DNA of 64,000 nucleotides, from NCBI GenBank assembly GCA_013343275.1, contig CP046106.1, forward strand, positions 384,001 to 448,000. Reading direction: 5' to 3'. The position numbers and the translations under genes were made by a program. This stretch comes from Candidatus Nanohaloarchaea archaeon (GTDB taxonomy: Archaea > Nanohalarchaeota > Nanosalinia > Nanosalinales > Nanosalinaceae). The notes below the pieces were generated by a model, which had not been told where the DNA came from, made no database searches, and saw only the letters and a program-made list of their open reading frames with translations. This document shows positions 27,569-36,578 of this stretch, one piece after another (the stretch's first letter is position 1; every line of letters begins with the position of its first letter).

Positions 27569-28767
27569 TGCTCTTCACCGAATATTTTCCTGTCGACTTC
27601 TTTCCTAAGTTTCTGTCGGGCCTCTTTCTTCAGGTTGATTCCTGATGAAGTAAGGTTCTCGTCGTCGGCCAGCATCGACGATGCTTTCTCATGCAGCTCC
27701 CTGAACTCCTCACTGCTGCCATCCAGTTCTTTTTCCAGAAATTCTTCTACACTGAAGGCCTCTCCATCAACTGTATCTGCATATCCCTTCACTCTGAGAT
27801 CAAGCACTACTTCGGCCATCTCCACGTTTTCCAGTTCCGGAAGTCGGGCCTCGATTTCCTGCACCGGTATCTCTCCGGGCTCTTTCTCCGTCTCGCCTTT
27901 TACCATGACCTTGACGGCTATCCTGTTCCCTTCCAGCTGCTGGACTCTGCCAACCGTTGGTTCGACACGAGCCTCGTCTACAGGCACTCGAATCTTTTTC
28001 AGCTCCAGATTCTGCGGTATAGCACCAGTCTCTAGATGTTTTACTCCTTCAAACCCTGCCTCGATTATGTTGTAGTGGTTTCCGAACTCCGTGGAATTGA
28101 AGTCGTAATCTACTGTGCCTCCTGTGGCCGAGAATACTGTATTATTGATTTCTTTCCAAGTGTTGGGCTGGTGGTCATGGCCTATCGCCAAGTAGTCCAG
28201 ATTTTTAGATGCTATTTCATCTGCCTTGACGCAGTCATCGGAGTAAGTCCTTGTAACTCCTTCGACAAAGTCGTGCATCATCAGGATATTGGTGCCATCG
28301 TTCGGTGAGAATTCATCCAGTATTTCACGCGTCTTGCTGGAGTGGTATCCGAGGCCGTAGATATTGAGGCCTTCAAGCTGTACTGCTGGTTCTCCAAACT
28401 CTTCCGGAGAAGGATCGATAAGGTGTACGTATTCGCCTGTGAGGTGTTCTATTGCGAGGCCTTTGAGTTTTCTTCCGTGGCCGTAGCTGCGATCGTGGTT
28501 ACCCCGGATCATGTACATCGGGATTTCGGCGTCTTCCAGTTTCTCCAGTATTTCACGAGCCTGTTCAATTACCGTGTGCCACGGGTATACTGTGTCGAAC
28601 ACGTCTCCTGCGTGTATTATCAGATCTACATCTTTTTCGACTGCTTTTTCGATCAGGAAGTTGAAGGCCTGGAGGGTTGATTCTACGCGTTGTTCTGCGA
28701 TCTGGCCGGGCTGTTTTCGACCTAGATGTGTGTCGCCGAAATGCATTATACGGTAGTTTTCAGAAAT
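27565..28767 (-). CDS. mre11: Mre11/SbcD-like nuclease
   Basis: DTHLG, AGDVFD, GNHD, GHDH; start probably upstream of ATG 28746 (ATT at 28767). Confidence 0.85.
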   Translation of the reverse strand: MSENYRIMHFGDTHLGRKQPGQIAEQRVESTLQAFNFLIEKAVEKDVDLIIHAGDVFDTVYPWHTVIEQAREILEKLEDAEIPMYMIRGNHDRSYGHGRKLKGLAIEHLTGEYVHLIDPSPEEFGEPAVQLEGLNIYGLGYHSSKTREILDEFSPNDGTNILMMHDFVEGVTRTYSDDCVKADEIASKNLDYLAIGHDHQPNTWKEINNTVFSATGGTVDYDFNSTEFGNHYNIIEAGFEGVKHLETGAIPQNLELKKIRVPVDEARVEPTVGRVQQLEGNRIAVKVMVKGETEKEPGEIPVQEIEARLPELENVEMAEVVLDLRVKGYADTVDGEAFSVEEFLEKELDGSSEEFRELHEKASSMLADDENLTSSGINLKKEARQKLRKEVDRKIFGEEQ

Positions 28768-28857
28768 CTCTTGCTCCCCTCCAACAAGTTAAGCGGGAGA
28801 AATATTTATCGGCCTTACCCCGGTCTTTTCAGTTTCGAGAAACAAATCTTTCAGTGT

Positions 28858-29394
28858 ATGGCGCTGGAGATAGACTGCGAAAGTATAGATGATATGATCA
28901 GTATCGAGCTGATAACAGGCCTGAACGCACTGGTTACGCAGAGTCCAGAGATTGAGGAAGAGGCCGAACTGGAGCATGTAAACGGTGTGCCTGTCGGCGA
29001 CATGGAAGCTTTCGAGGTCGCCCGTGATGAGGATTATCACCAGTTAAGGCCTTCGGGAGAAGGCTTTATCGAGAATATAATTGAGTTTACACTGCCGCAC
29101 AGCTGCTCGGAGAACAACGATGCAGTATATCTTTCCGCAGTTCTGATGAAGGAACTGGCTGAATCACAGGCTTTCGGAGAAGGAAATAAGAGAACAGCGT
29201 ATCTTTCCGGAGTCATGTTTCTTATCAAGGCACAGGCCCAGCAGGGTTTTTCAAAGGCTGTCTACCCCGATCTTACGAGAGATTTCCAGGAAATCCTTCA
29301 GGAAGTAGCTGTAAGAGAGAAAGACGAGGAAGACCTCTACAGGTATATTACGTCTCTTATTCATGATCCTATGGAGAATGTTAGAGCTCGATAG
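28858..29394 (+). CDS. Fic/Doc-family protein with non-canonical motif
   Basis: QAFGEGNKRTA versus Doc HxFxDGNKR; start at ATG 28858. Confidence 0.75.
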   Translation: MALEIDCESIDDMISIELITGLNALVTQSPEIEEEAELEHVNGVPVGDMEAFEVARDEDYHQLRPSGEGFIENIIEFTLPHSCSENNDAVYLSAVLMKELAESQAFGEGNKRTAYLSGVMFLIKAQAQQGFSKAVYPDLTRDFQEILQEVAVREKDEEDLYRYITSLIHDPMENVRAR

Positions 29395-29575
29395 TTGATA
29401 CGTTGTCTTCTTCACTAGAGGTAAATTTCCGGTAGGCCTTACGTAGCTTCCGGTAGAATAGCGACTCACGCATTCTCTGTGCTGGCTTCTCCTCCGCCAG
29501 TTCTCTAAGGCCTTCTCGGTTGCTGGATATTACTTTCTCGGCCCATTCTGTTTCTTTCTTTTTTTCGTCGCTCAT
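29381..29575 (-). CDS. Small protein, candidate Doc/Fic antitoxin
   Basis: AEKVISSNREGLRELAE; convergent with and overlapping the Doc-like gene. Confidence 0.45.
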   Translation of the reverse strand: MSDEKKKETEWAEKVISSNREGLRELAEEKPAQRMRESLFYRKLRKAYRKFTSSEEDNVSTIEL

Positions 29576-29697
29576 ACATGTTAGAACCGGGTTTGAGATT
29601 TAAAATGTGCGTGGGTTGGTAAAGTAAAATGAAATATAGAATGTAAGAAAAAACTTGTTTATGGCGTTGTACGCGTCGAAGAAATCCTTAACAGGAT

Positions 29698-29892
29698 TTA
29701 AGCTTCTACTACGTTTGTTGCCTTTGGACCTCTGTCGCCTTCTTCCTGATCGAATTCGACTTCTACGTCTTCTTCGATAGAATCGCCTTCTTCAAGATCG
29801 CTGACGTGGAAGAAAAGATCGTCGTCCATGTCTTCTGTCTCGATGAATCCGTACTTCTTCTGATCGTGGAAGAACTTAACTGTACCTTTCAT
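29698..29892 (-). CDS. cspA: Cold-shock protein
   Basis: MKGTVKFF, KYGFI, FFHVS, GPKATNV; GGAGGTG SD. Confidence 0.92.
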   Translation of the reverse strand: MKGTVKFFHDQKKYGFIETEDMDDDLFFHVSDLEEGDSIEEDVEVEFDQEEGDRGPKATNVVEA

Positions 29893-30087
29893 ACTACAAA
29901 ACACCTCCTTATAACAGAACATTTGAGGGCAACCTTTATACAAGGAAGTGAAATTTCGGAGGCCTCAAAACTGCTTCAAGGAGCAGAATCCTCTACAGAT
30001 GCTGCAAGCCGATAAAAAACCGGATTCTATCAGTCCCTCATCTTGGGAGCGAACTTTTATAAAACCCAGATCACAAATAAGAGATAT

Positions 30088-30300
30088 GACTCACGGAGCC
30101 CATCACCAGGTTTCCAGTATTGCGACCTCTACTAGGGGCAATGTGAGCTTCTTTAATAAGTATATCTCCAAGCTGAATATCCTGTATTTTTGATACAGGA
30201 TTAGTAGGTTGGGAAATCCTGGCCTGGCTCACAACTCAGTGGGCCTCGGGCAAAAGGACTCAACCGAAACCATTAGGTCTCATCCCTTACAAGGAAAAAC
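30088..30300 (+). ncRNA. Candidate structured non-coding RNA of unknown family
   Basis: TTTTATAAAA at 30055-30064 followed by nested stems and a possible 7-bp pseudoknot; no acidic ORF; ends approximate. Confidence 0.4.
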
Positions 30301-30521
30301 TGCCTACAATACAATTACAAAAATACACAAAGACGCTTAGACGTTACGCTGCCATGAAGACAAGGCCTTAAAAGGCTTGGAGAAAATCAAAACCCGCACA
30401 GAATCTTGAAAAAGGTGATAACCTAGAACACTACGACTCCGACCACGTATAATCCTCTTGTCTTTTCTCTTTTTCTTCCGACCTTACCGTATAAAATTGG
30501 CCAGTCTTACAAACTACTTGT

Positions 30522-31529
30522 ATGGCAGGTCCTCTGTACTATCTTGCGCTCGCTACGGTTTCAACTGCAGTCATCTGGAAATCAAGCAATCTTCTGGAGG
30601 AAACCAGCGAAAAACTTGCAGCATACTACGGCCTTCCTGCAATAGTTCAGGGAGCTGTTATCGCAGCAGTAGGATCAAGCTTTCCAGAGCTCTCATCAAC
30701 AGTTATCTCGGTGCTTGTCCATGGAAACTTCGAACTGGGAGTAGGTGCGATAGTTGGCTCTGCTATATTCAACATACTGCTGATTCCAGCAATATCGGTG
30801 CTCGGCGATGGGAAAGTTCTGGACGCTAACAGAGATATAGTATACAAAGAGGCCCAGTTCTACATGCTCTCCATAGCTGTACTGTTACTGACATTCTCAA
30901 TGGCCGTCATCTACAACCCCCTACCGGGAGCACTGAAAGGAGAGGTTACCCGCTGGCTTGCAGTAATACCCGTACTGGTCTATGGCCTCTACATATTCAT
31001 ACAGTACGAAGACACGAAAGACGGAAGCATGGAGAGAGTTGAGAACATCTCCGAGATGAAACAGTGGGCCTTACTAGCTTTAAGCCTCGTATTTATTGTT
31101 GCAGGAGTGGAAGGGCTTGTTCGCAGCGCAGTAGAGTTCGGCAACATCTTCAACACTCCTTCATTCCTCTGGGGACTTACAATCGTTGCTGCAGGAACAA
31201 GCCTTCCAGACACTCTGGTAAGCTACAGAGCAGCGAAGAAAGACGAAGGTGTCACCAGTATGGCGAACGTACTCGGAAGTAACGTATTCGACCTGCTGAT
31301 CGCCATCCCAGCCGGTGTACTGCTTGCAGGCGCAACACCTATCAACTACGCAGTTGCAGTTCCAATGTTTGGATTCCTCACCTTCGCCACAATCGCATTA
31401 TTCACCACCCTAAGAACAGATCTAGAGCTTTATCGAAGAGAGGCCTACTTCCTGATACTGGTGTACGCGGTATTTATTGCCTGGATGATAGCCGAAACCT
31501 TCGGATACACCAACTTCATCCCTGTATAG
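30522..31529 (+). CDS. Na+/Ca2+ antiporter (CaCA/YrbG family)
   Basis: Alpha repeats GSSFPE/GSAIFN and GTSLPD/GSNVFD. Confidence 0.9.
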   Translation: MAGPLYYLALATVSTAVIWKSSNLLEETSEKLAAYYGLPAIVQGAVIAAVGSSFPELSSTVISVLVHGNFELGVGAIVGSAIFNILLIPAISVLGDGKVLDANRDIVYKEAQFYMLSIAVLLLTFSMAVIYNPLPGALKGEVTRWLAVIPVLVYGLYIFIQYEDTKDGSMERVENISEMKQWALLALSLVFIVAGVEGLVRSAVEFGNIFNTPSFLWGLTIVAAGTSLPDTLVSYRAAKKDEGVTSMANVLGSNVFDLLIAIPAGVLLAGATPINYAVAVPMFGFLTFATIALFTTLRTDLELYRREAYFLILVYAVFIAWMIAETFGYTNFIPV

Positions 31530-31576
31530 GCTGAAGTGCCAGCGATTTGTTAAAAATCGATGACTAACTAAGGAGT

Positions 31577-31948
31577 ATGTCTGATGTAAGTTTCAGTACA
31601 GCGCTTACCACCGAGCTGAGAACAAGACTGGACGGAAACTTCGAGGTTATACCCGAGTACGAATCAGCTTCCAGCAGTCTGGACAGGGTTCACGACCTGG
31701 TGATTCTGGAGGAAGGCCAGATAAGGTTGATCTTCGAACTCGAGGGCGGAACAGACGGATTTGAGGATGCAAAGCAGGAGTTAAGAAAATTCTACGAGAA
31801 AGAGTCTGGTGACGAAGTGTTTTTACTTGCGGTGTGCAGTAAAGAGGAACTACTGGTGTTCGATGCCGAAAACGAGATCTATTCACAGCAGTATACTGAT
31901 GACCCAGTGGAGAAGATAGCTGAGGATGTAGTCGATCTGCTTGAATAG
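31577..31948 (+). CDS. Hypothetical protein, degenerate PD-(D/E)XK-like
   Basis: HDLVI...IFELE, then Q...Y; catalytic Lys absent. Confidence 0.5.
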   Translation: MSDVSFSTALTTELRTRLDGNFEVIPEYESASSSLDRVHDLVILEEGQIRLIFELEGGTDGFEDAKQELRKFYEKESGDEVFLLAVCSKEELLVFDAENEIYSQQYTDDPVEKIAEDVVDLLE

Positions 31949-31996
31949 AGAACAGTTCGAAAAACCTTTTTCCAATCCCGACAACAAACATACAAT

Positions 31997-32446
31997 ATGA
32001 GACTTTCAAGTCCAGCATTCGAGGACGGCGAACACATGCCAGAGAAATATGGCAACACTACCGAGAACGTAAACCCTCCTCTAGAGATTAGAGACGTGCC
32101 TGAAGAGGCCGAGTCACTCGTCCTCATTATGGATGATCCTGACGCCAAAGAGCCAGCGGGAAAAATCTGGGAGCACTGGACGGTATGGAATATACCTACA
32201 AACAAATCGGAAATTCCGGAAGACTGGAATCCCAAAAAGGCAGTAGAGGGAATGACAGACTTTCGAGATACTGGTTATGGCGGCCCTAACCCTCCAGATG
32301 GAACCCACACATACAGGTTCCAGCTGTACGCAATCGATACAGAACTTGACCTTGATGAAGAAGCCGGCAAAGAAGAGGTGCTTGAGGCAGTAGAAGGTCA
32401 TGTAGTGGAGAAGACCTTGCTGCAGGGCAAGTTCGACCCTCTCTAA
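31997..32446 (+). CDS. YbhB/YbcL (PEBP) family protein
   Basis: DDPDA, HW, YGGPNPP, H.YRF.LYA. Confidence 0.9.
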   Translation: MRLSSPAFEDGEHMPEKYGNTTENVNPPLEIRDVPEEAESLVLIMDDPDAKEPAGKIWEHWTVWNIPTNKSEIPEDWNPKKAVEGMTDFRDTGYGGPNPPDGTHTYRFQLYAIDTELDLDEEAGKEEVLEAVEGHVVEKTLLQGKFDPL

Positions 32447-32474
32447 TCTCCCGATTTTTCGGAGGGCGTGAAGG

Positions 32475-33134
32475 ATGGATTCTGTAACCAAGGAGCAGAT
32501 GCAGAGAATAGATGAGGAAGTACCGGAGAAATACAGTATAACAACTTCTCGGCTTATGGAGAACGCAGGCCTTCAGGTAGCAGAACTTGTTAGAGAGAAG
32601 GCCGAAGACAGAAAAATTTCCATCTACGCTGGTAAAGGCGACAACGGCGGTGACGCACTGGTATCTGCCCGAAGACTGCATAACTGGGGCTTTAAAGTGG
32701 AAGTTGTACTAGCGACCACGGAACTCGATGGGATCAGAGAAGAGGAACTGGAAATACTGGAGAACCTTGACATAGAGATAACGGCGAAAAGCTCCGACAG
32801 GAACTATCCTGTAGCACTGGAAGGATTAATAGGCTACAATTTGAACGGAAATCCAAGGCCTCCGTTCGACAGCATGATTCAGGAAATCAACAGCAACTAC
32901 GAGACGGTATTCAGTATCGACATTCCTACAGGCCTAGACGCAGAGACCGGGAAAAGTTTCGCCCCAGCTGTAAGGCCTGATCACACAGTTACACTGGCCG
33001 CAGCTTTCGACACCATGTCAGAGCAAAATTCAGGAGAGATCTGGGTTGCCGACATCGGAATACCTCCCGAGGCCTACAGAGAGTTTGACAAGGAAATAGT
33101 TTTCAAAGAGAAGTCGTTGATCAGGTTTAATTAG
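32475..33134 (+). CDS. nnrE: NAD(P)H-hydrate epimerase (YjeF_N)
   Basis: LMENAG, GKGDNGGD, DIPTG, DIGIP. Confidence 0.88.
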   Translation: MDSVTKEQMQRIDEEVPEKYSITTSRLMENAGLQVAELVREKAEDRKISIYAGKGDNGGDALVSARRLHNWGFKVEVVLATTELDGIREEELEILENLDIEITAKSSDRNYPVALEGLIGYNLNGNPRPPFDSMIQEINSNYETVFSIDIPTGLDAETGKSFAPAVRPDHTVTLAAAFDTMSEQNSGEIWVADIGIPPEAYREFDKEIVFKEKSLIRFN

Positions 33135-33146
33135 ATGAAAATTTCA

Positions 33147-33259
33147 ATCCATGCATAGCATGGTTTCTTGCGTGTGAAACACGCGTAACCGGTTTGCGGC
33201 CGAATCACAGAGTGATTCTTTGAGCAAGTTATGAGAATAACTTGCGGCATCCGGGACTT
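33147..33259. repeat. Array of short hairpins ending in a 17-bp copy of the tRNA-Gly 3' end
   Basis: Inverted repeats 33149-33163, 33169-33185, 33202-33218, 33224-33245; TGCGGCATCCGGGACTT at 33243-33259 equals 33310-33326. Confidence 0.75.
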
Positions 33260-33309
33260 TCGAAAAAACAAGTTTTTCTTCTAAATCTCCGGAATCAGCA
33301 GCAAAGTGA

Positions 33310-33380
33310 TGCGGCATCCGGGACTTGAACCCGGGTCTCCACGTTGGCAACGTGACGTCGTACCACTGGACCAATGCCGC
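33310..33380 (-). tRNA. tRNA-Gly(GCC)
   Basis: Cloverleaf GCGGCAT/ATGCCGC, anticodon loop TTGCCAA, TTCAAGT T-loop; CCA not encoded. Confidence 0.95.
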
Positions 33381-33508
33381 ATATCATAGATGTGCTGTGT
33401 ATGGGAATTTGTGGGCTGGAAGTTTTAAGTGTATTAGCCGGCCGAAATTTCTGGAATTTTTCTACCTTGACCTAGGTATTTTGAACCTTGAGGGCCAATT
33501 CATGAAAC

Positions 33509-34432
33509 ATGGTAGAGGACAAAATTTACGATGTTATAGTGGTTGGTGGAGCCTCAGCAGCTCAGTCGGCAGCAATCTATGCTAAAAGAGCTGGCAGAAG
33601 CGTTCTCGTCATTGCAGACGAGTACGGAGGGCAGATAAACAATACTGATGTAGTGGAGAACTATCTAGGTTTTAAACATATTTCAGGGCCTGAGCTCGCG
33701 GATAAATATCTTGAACATATGCGAGATTACGATATAGATGAGGAAACAGGTTATAGAGTTACTGATATTCGGAGGCCTGACGAAGTTTTCGAGGTTGAAC
33801 GTGAGGACGGCGAAGAGTACAGAGGCAGATCTGTAGTTATTGCCACTGGCGGTCACCGCAGGAAACTCGGTGTTCCCGGCGAAGAGGAGTTCGCCAACAA
33901 AGGGGTAGGCTACTGTGCTGTCTGTGACGGACCTCTCTACCAGGGAGAAGAAGTAGCGGTTATCGGAGGAGGTTACGCTGGTACAGAGGCCGCAGATTAT
34001 CTTTCCGACATTGCAGAAAAAGTTTACGTTCTCAGCCGTTCAGGAGTGCTGAAGGGCGAGCAGATTACAATCGACAAGGTAGAGCAGGAGGACAATGTAG
34101 AGATTATCCGCGAGGCAGAGGCAGCCAAGTTCTACGGAGAAAACCTTCTGGAAGGCCTGAAGTACGAACAGGACAGCGAAATCAAGGACCTTGAGGTTAC
34201 CGGAGCTTTCATTGAGATTGGTACCGTACCGAACTCGGATATTACCGATCTCGTGGAGAAAGACGATTCCGGGCGAATCAAAGTTGATGAGGAGATGGAG
34301 ACCGGTGTTGAGGGCCTTTACGCAGCGGGGGACGTTAACGATGTAGGTGTGCAGCAGTTGCAGGTTTCCGCTGGCCAAGGGTGTCAGGCAGGTCTGAACG
34401 CCGCAGACTATGTTAAGCAGATGAAGGAGTAG
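33509..34432 (+). CDS. trxB: Thioredoxin reductase
   Basis: VVGG FAD site, ATG motif, CAVC, GGG NADPH site, AAGD. Confidence 0.9.
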   Translation: MVEDKIYDVIVVGGASAAQSAAIYAKRAGRSVLVIADEYGGQINNTDVVENYLGFKHISGPELADKYLEHMRDYDIDEETGYRVTDIRRPDEVFEVEREDGEEYRGRSVVIATGGHRRKLGVPGEEEFANKGVGYCAVCDGPLYQGEEVAVIGGGYAGTEAADYLSDIAEKVYVLSRSGVLKGEQITIDKVEQEDNVEIIREAEAAKFYGENLLEGLKYEQDSEIKDLEVTGAFIEIGTVPNSDITDLVEKDDSGRIKVDEEMETGVEGLYAAGDVNDVGVQQLQVSAGQGCQAGLNAADYVKQMKE

Positions 34433-34468
34433 ATTCAAGTTATAATTTTAACCAGGTAAGAATTTGGT

Positions 34469-34720
34469 ATGCCACAGGAAACAGCAATGACAAAATGCGT
34501 GTTCTGCGGGAACAGCGCGACCACGAAGAATTCTGCAGGACAGCCTGTATGCAAGAATCACAAGGAGAAAGATCCTCGAGATGTGGCCTGTCCGGAATGC
34601 GGTATGCCTATGAAGATCAAGGAAGGCCGTTACGGGTACTTTTGGGGCTGTGAAGGCTACCCTCAGTGTCAGAAGACCTACCAGATAGAGGCCCTTGTAG
34701 ATGATGAGGAAGAGGAGTAA
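34469..34720 (+). CDS. Small protein with topoisomerase-type C4 zinc ribbon
   Basis: CVFC...C..H and CPECG...GRYG.FWGC..YPQC. Confidence 0.8.
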   Translation: MPQETAMTKCVFCGNSATTKNSAGQPVCKNHKEKDPRDVACPECGMPMKIKEGRYGYFWGCEGYPQCQKTYQIEALVDDEEEE

Positions 34721-34723
34721 AAA

Positions 34724-35164
34724 TTATTCTATAGTGAGATCGTTAGGCTCGTAAGTTCCTATCCTGATGTTCTGGTACTTCTCATCAAGCCTGTTTGCGA
34801 TCTCAATATCAAGATCTCTTTGAGGTTCATCTCTAGGCCCTTCTCTGTTCTCAACCATGATCCTCTGTACATGATCCAGAGGAAGTTCATCCCTCATAAT
34901 TACATCGTAACACGAATCTGAATCCTCAACTACCTTGACATTCGCAGGATCAATCTCTAGGTAACCTCCTCCCCACGCATAGGCCTTAGCGCACTCTCTG
35001 CTGTCAGTCGCCCAGATTGCCTGATCTTTATCATAGACTTCTCTTTCAACATCCATCTCGGTGAAGACATCTTCCTCATCAATCGGATGGCCCTGTATAA
35101 AACCAGTCTCAGCAATATCCAGCAGACCTTCCTCGCCTCTTCCATGATAAAGTTTGTGAGTCAT
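34724..35164 (-). CDS. Hypothetical protein, possible ADP-ribosyltransferase fold
   Basis: LYHG...I..TGF...IWATDS...AKAYA pattern. Confidence 0.55.
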   Translation of the reverse strand: MTHKLYHGRGEEGLLDIAETGFIQGHPIDEEDVFTEMDVEREVYDKDQAIWATDSRECAKAYAWGGGYLEIDPANVKVVEDSDSCYDVIMRDELPLDHVQRIMVENREGPRDEPQRDLDIEIANRLDEKYQNIRIGTYEPNDLTIE

Positions 35165-35250
35165 GAAAAACCTTCACGTGTAGAAATCTTTTATTGTTTT
35201 TCAGTGACAAAAACACAATTAGATATGTTTATCTCCCAAAAATAACTTAA

Positions 35251-35383
35251 GAGCCTGTAGCTCAGCGGGACAGAGCATTCGGTTCCTAGGAACTTCTGTA
35301 AGTTCCATCAACAGGAACCATGCAATGCATGGATCTAGTTCGGAAATACCGAGAGGTCGAGGGTTCAAATCCCTCCAGGCCTG
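35251..35383 (+). tRNA. tRNA-Arg(CCT) with 59-nt intron (35289-35347)
   Basis: Anticodon stem TTCGG/CCGAG; BHB with TTCC/GGAA helix and TAG/ATA bulges; T-arm GAGGG-TTCAAAT-CCCTC. Confidence 0.88.
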
Positions 35384-35405
35384 TAAAATAAAGTGATATA
35401 GGAAA

Positions 35406-35993
35406 ATGATGGGAGTTACACATGCATTGATGGGAGGCCTTCTTGGGGCCTCCAGCGCAGTTTTCACGCTAGAGTACTTTCTGGCAGCAGTAATTGCAGG
35501 TTATCTTGGAGGCCTCTTCCCTGATCTCGATCTGGCGTTCAATCACCGCCAGACACTGCACTTCCCGGTAGGATACACAGTACTATCTGTTGCAGCAGTT
35601 GCCACAGCAGTTTTCACAGCGGAGAAAGGTCTTATTATTCTCTCGTACTTTATCCTGTCAGCTGCAGTGCATTCCTGGATTGATATACTGGGTGGAGGGC
35701 TGGAGGAAAAGCCGTGGGAAGGTACTACGGATAAAGGAGTTTACTCTCACAGCTTGGATCGGTGGTTCCCTCCTCTCCAGGTAATCCGGTATGATGGGGC
35801 GCCTGAGGACTTTCTACTTACTCTAGGCCTAGGTACTGCACTATTCCCTCTACTGGCTGGTTACCCTGTAGCTCAGAAAATTGTTGTAGCCAGCATCGCA
35901 GTCGGAGGCCTGTATTCACTGGTCAGGAAGAAGCTCCTCGATGTCAGGGACTTTCTTCTCAAGGCGTTCAACAGCCTGATCGACGAGTCCTGA
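35406..35993 (+). CDS. Membrane-bound metal-dependent hydrolase (YdjM-like)
   Basis: TH, PDLD, HRQTLH, HSWID. Confidence 0.8.
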   Translation: MMGVTHALMGGLLGASSAVFTLEYFLAAVIAGYLGGLFPDLDLAFNHRQTLHFPVGYTVLSVAAVATAVFTAEKGLIILSYFILSAAVHSWIDILGGGLEEKPWEGTTDKGVYSHSLDRWFPPLQVIRYDGAPEDFLLTLGLGTALFPLLAGYPVAQKIVVASIAVGGLYSLVRKKLLDVRDFLLKAFNSLIDES

Positions 35994-36578
35994 GAGATAC
36001 GCCTCTCCAAAGAAAGCAACTAGCAGTGCTCCTGCCGAGTCAAAAAGCAGGTCCTTCATTGTATCTTCCAGGCCGTACTGTGTCAGAATCTTCGTACCTG
36101 TAACCTGTCCAAGTAGGCCAGTCATGAACTCGATAACCTCCCATACAACACCGAAGGCCATGACAAAGGCCACGAGGAACACCGGCATAAGTTTTGAAGG
36201 GAAGTGAATCTCCTCTGAGTGCTGGTCGAGCGCTCTCACAGCGATGTATCCTGAGGCCGCTACAATCGATGAGGAAAGTGCATGCGTCATATGATCCCAC
36301 CACCAGATATTCCTGTAGGGGCCTAATGCTCCGAAACTGTGAAGGAATACTGCAAGAGTAATCCACAGCGCCAGCGCTGGGTCAAGAACAATATCGAGGT
36401 CTCTCTCCAGGTAAGACGGTGCGAAAGTTACAGCCAGCGAAATCAATGCATTGATGGTTATACTGAAAACTCCTTCAACAATCCCTATACCTGCAATTGC
36501 CACCAGCAAGGCCTGTAGTACTCTGGTTAACTGCGACTGCTTCCTGGAGTTAAGACCTAATCTCCTGAGTATCCTCAC
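35916..36578 (-). CDS. Integral membrane protein (DUF2238-like)
   Basis: WWDHMTH, WEVIEF, DTMKDL. Confidence 0.7.
   Translation of the reverse strand: MRILRRLGLNSRKQSQLTRVLQALLVAIAGIGIVEGVFSITINALISLAVTFAPSYLERDLDIVLDPALALWITLAVFLHSFGALGPYRNIWWWDHMTHALSSSIVAASGYIAVRALDQHSEEIHFPSKLMPVFLVAFVMAFGVVWEVIEFMTGLLGQVTGTKILTQYGLEDTMKDLLFDSAGALLVAFFGEAYLSGLVDQAVERLEKKVPDIEELLPDQ

Noticed and set aside
29948-30193. 81 aa ORF (or 35 aa from ATG 30086)
   Set aside because: Basic, non-halophilic composition and overlaps a TATA box and RNA stems; not excluded as a leader peptide
30262-30280. CGAAACCATTAGGTC looks like hammerhead stem III with a GUC site
   Set aside because: No CUGANGA core at a compatible position
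30088-30420. RNase P or SRP RNA assignment for the structured region
   Set aside because: No GAGGAAAGUCC/P4 partner and no SRP helix-8 GNRA/AGCAG motif found on either strand
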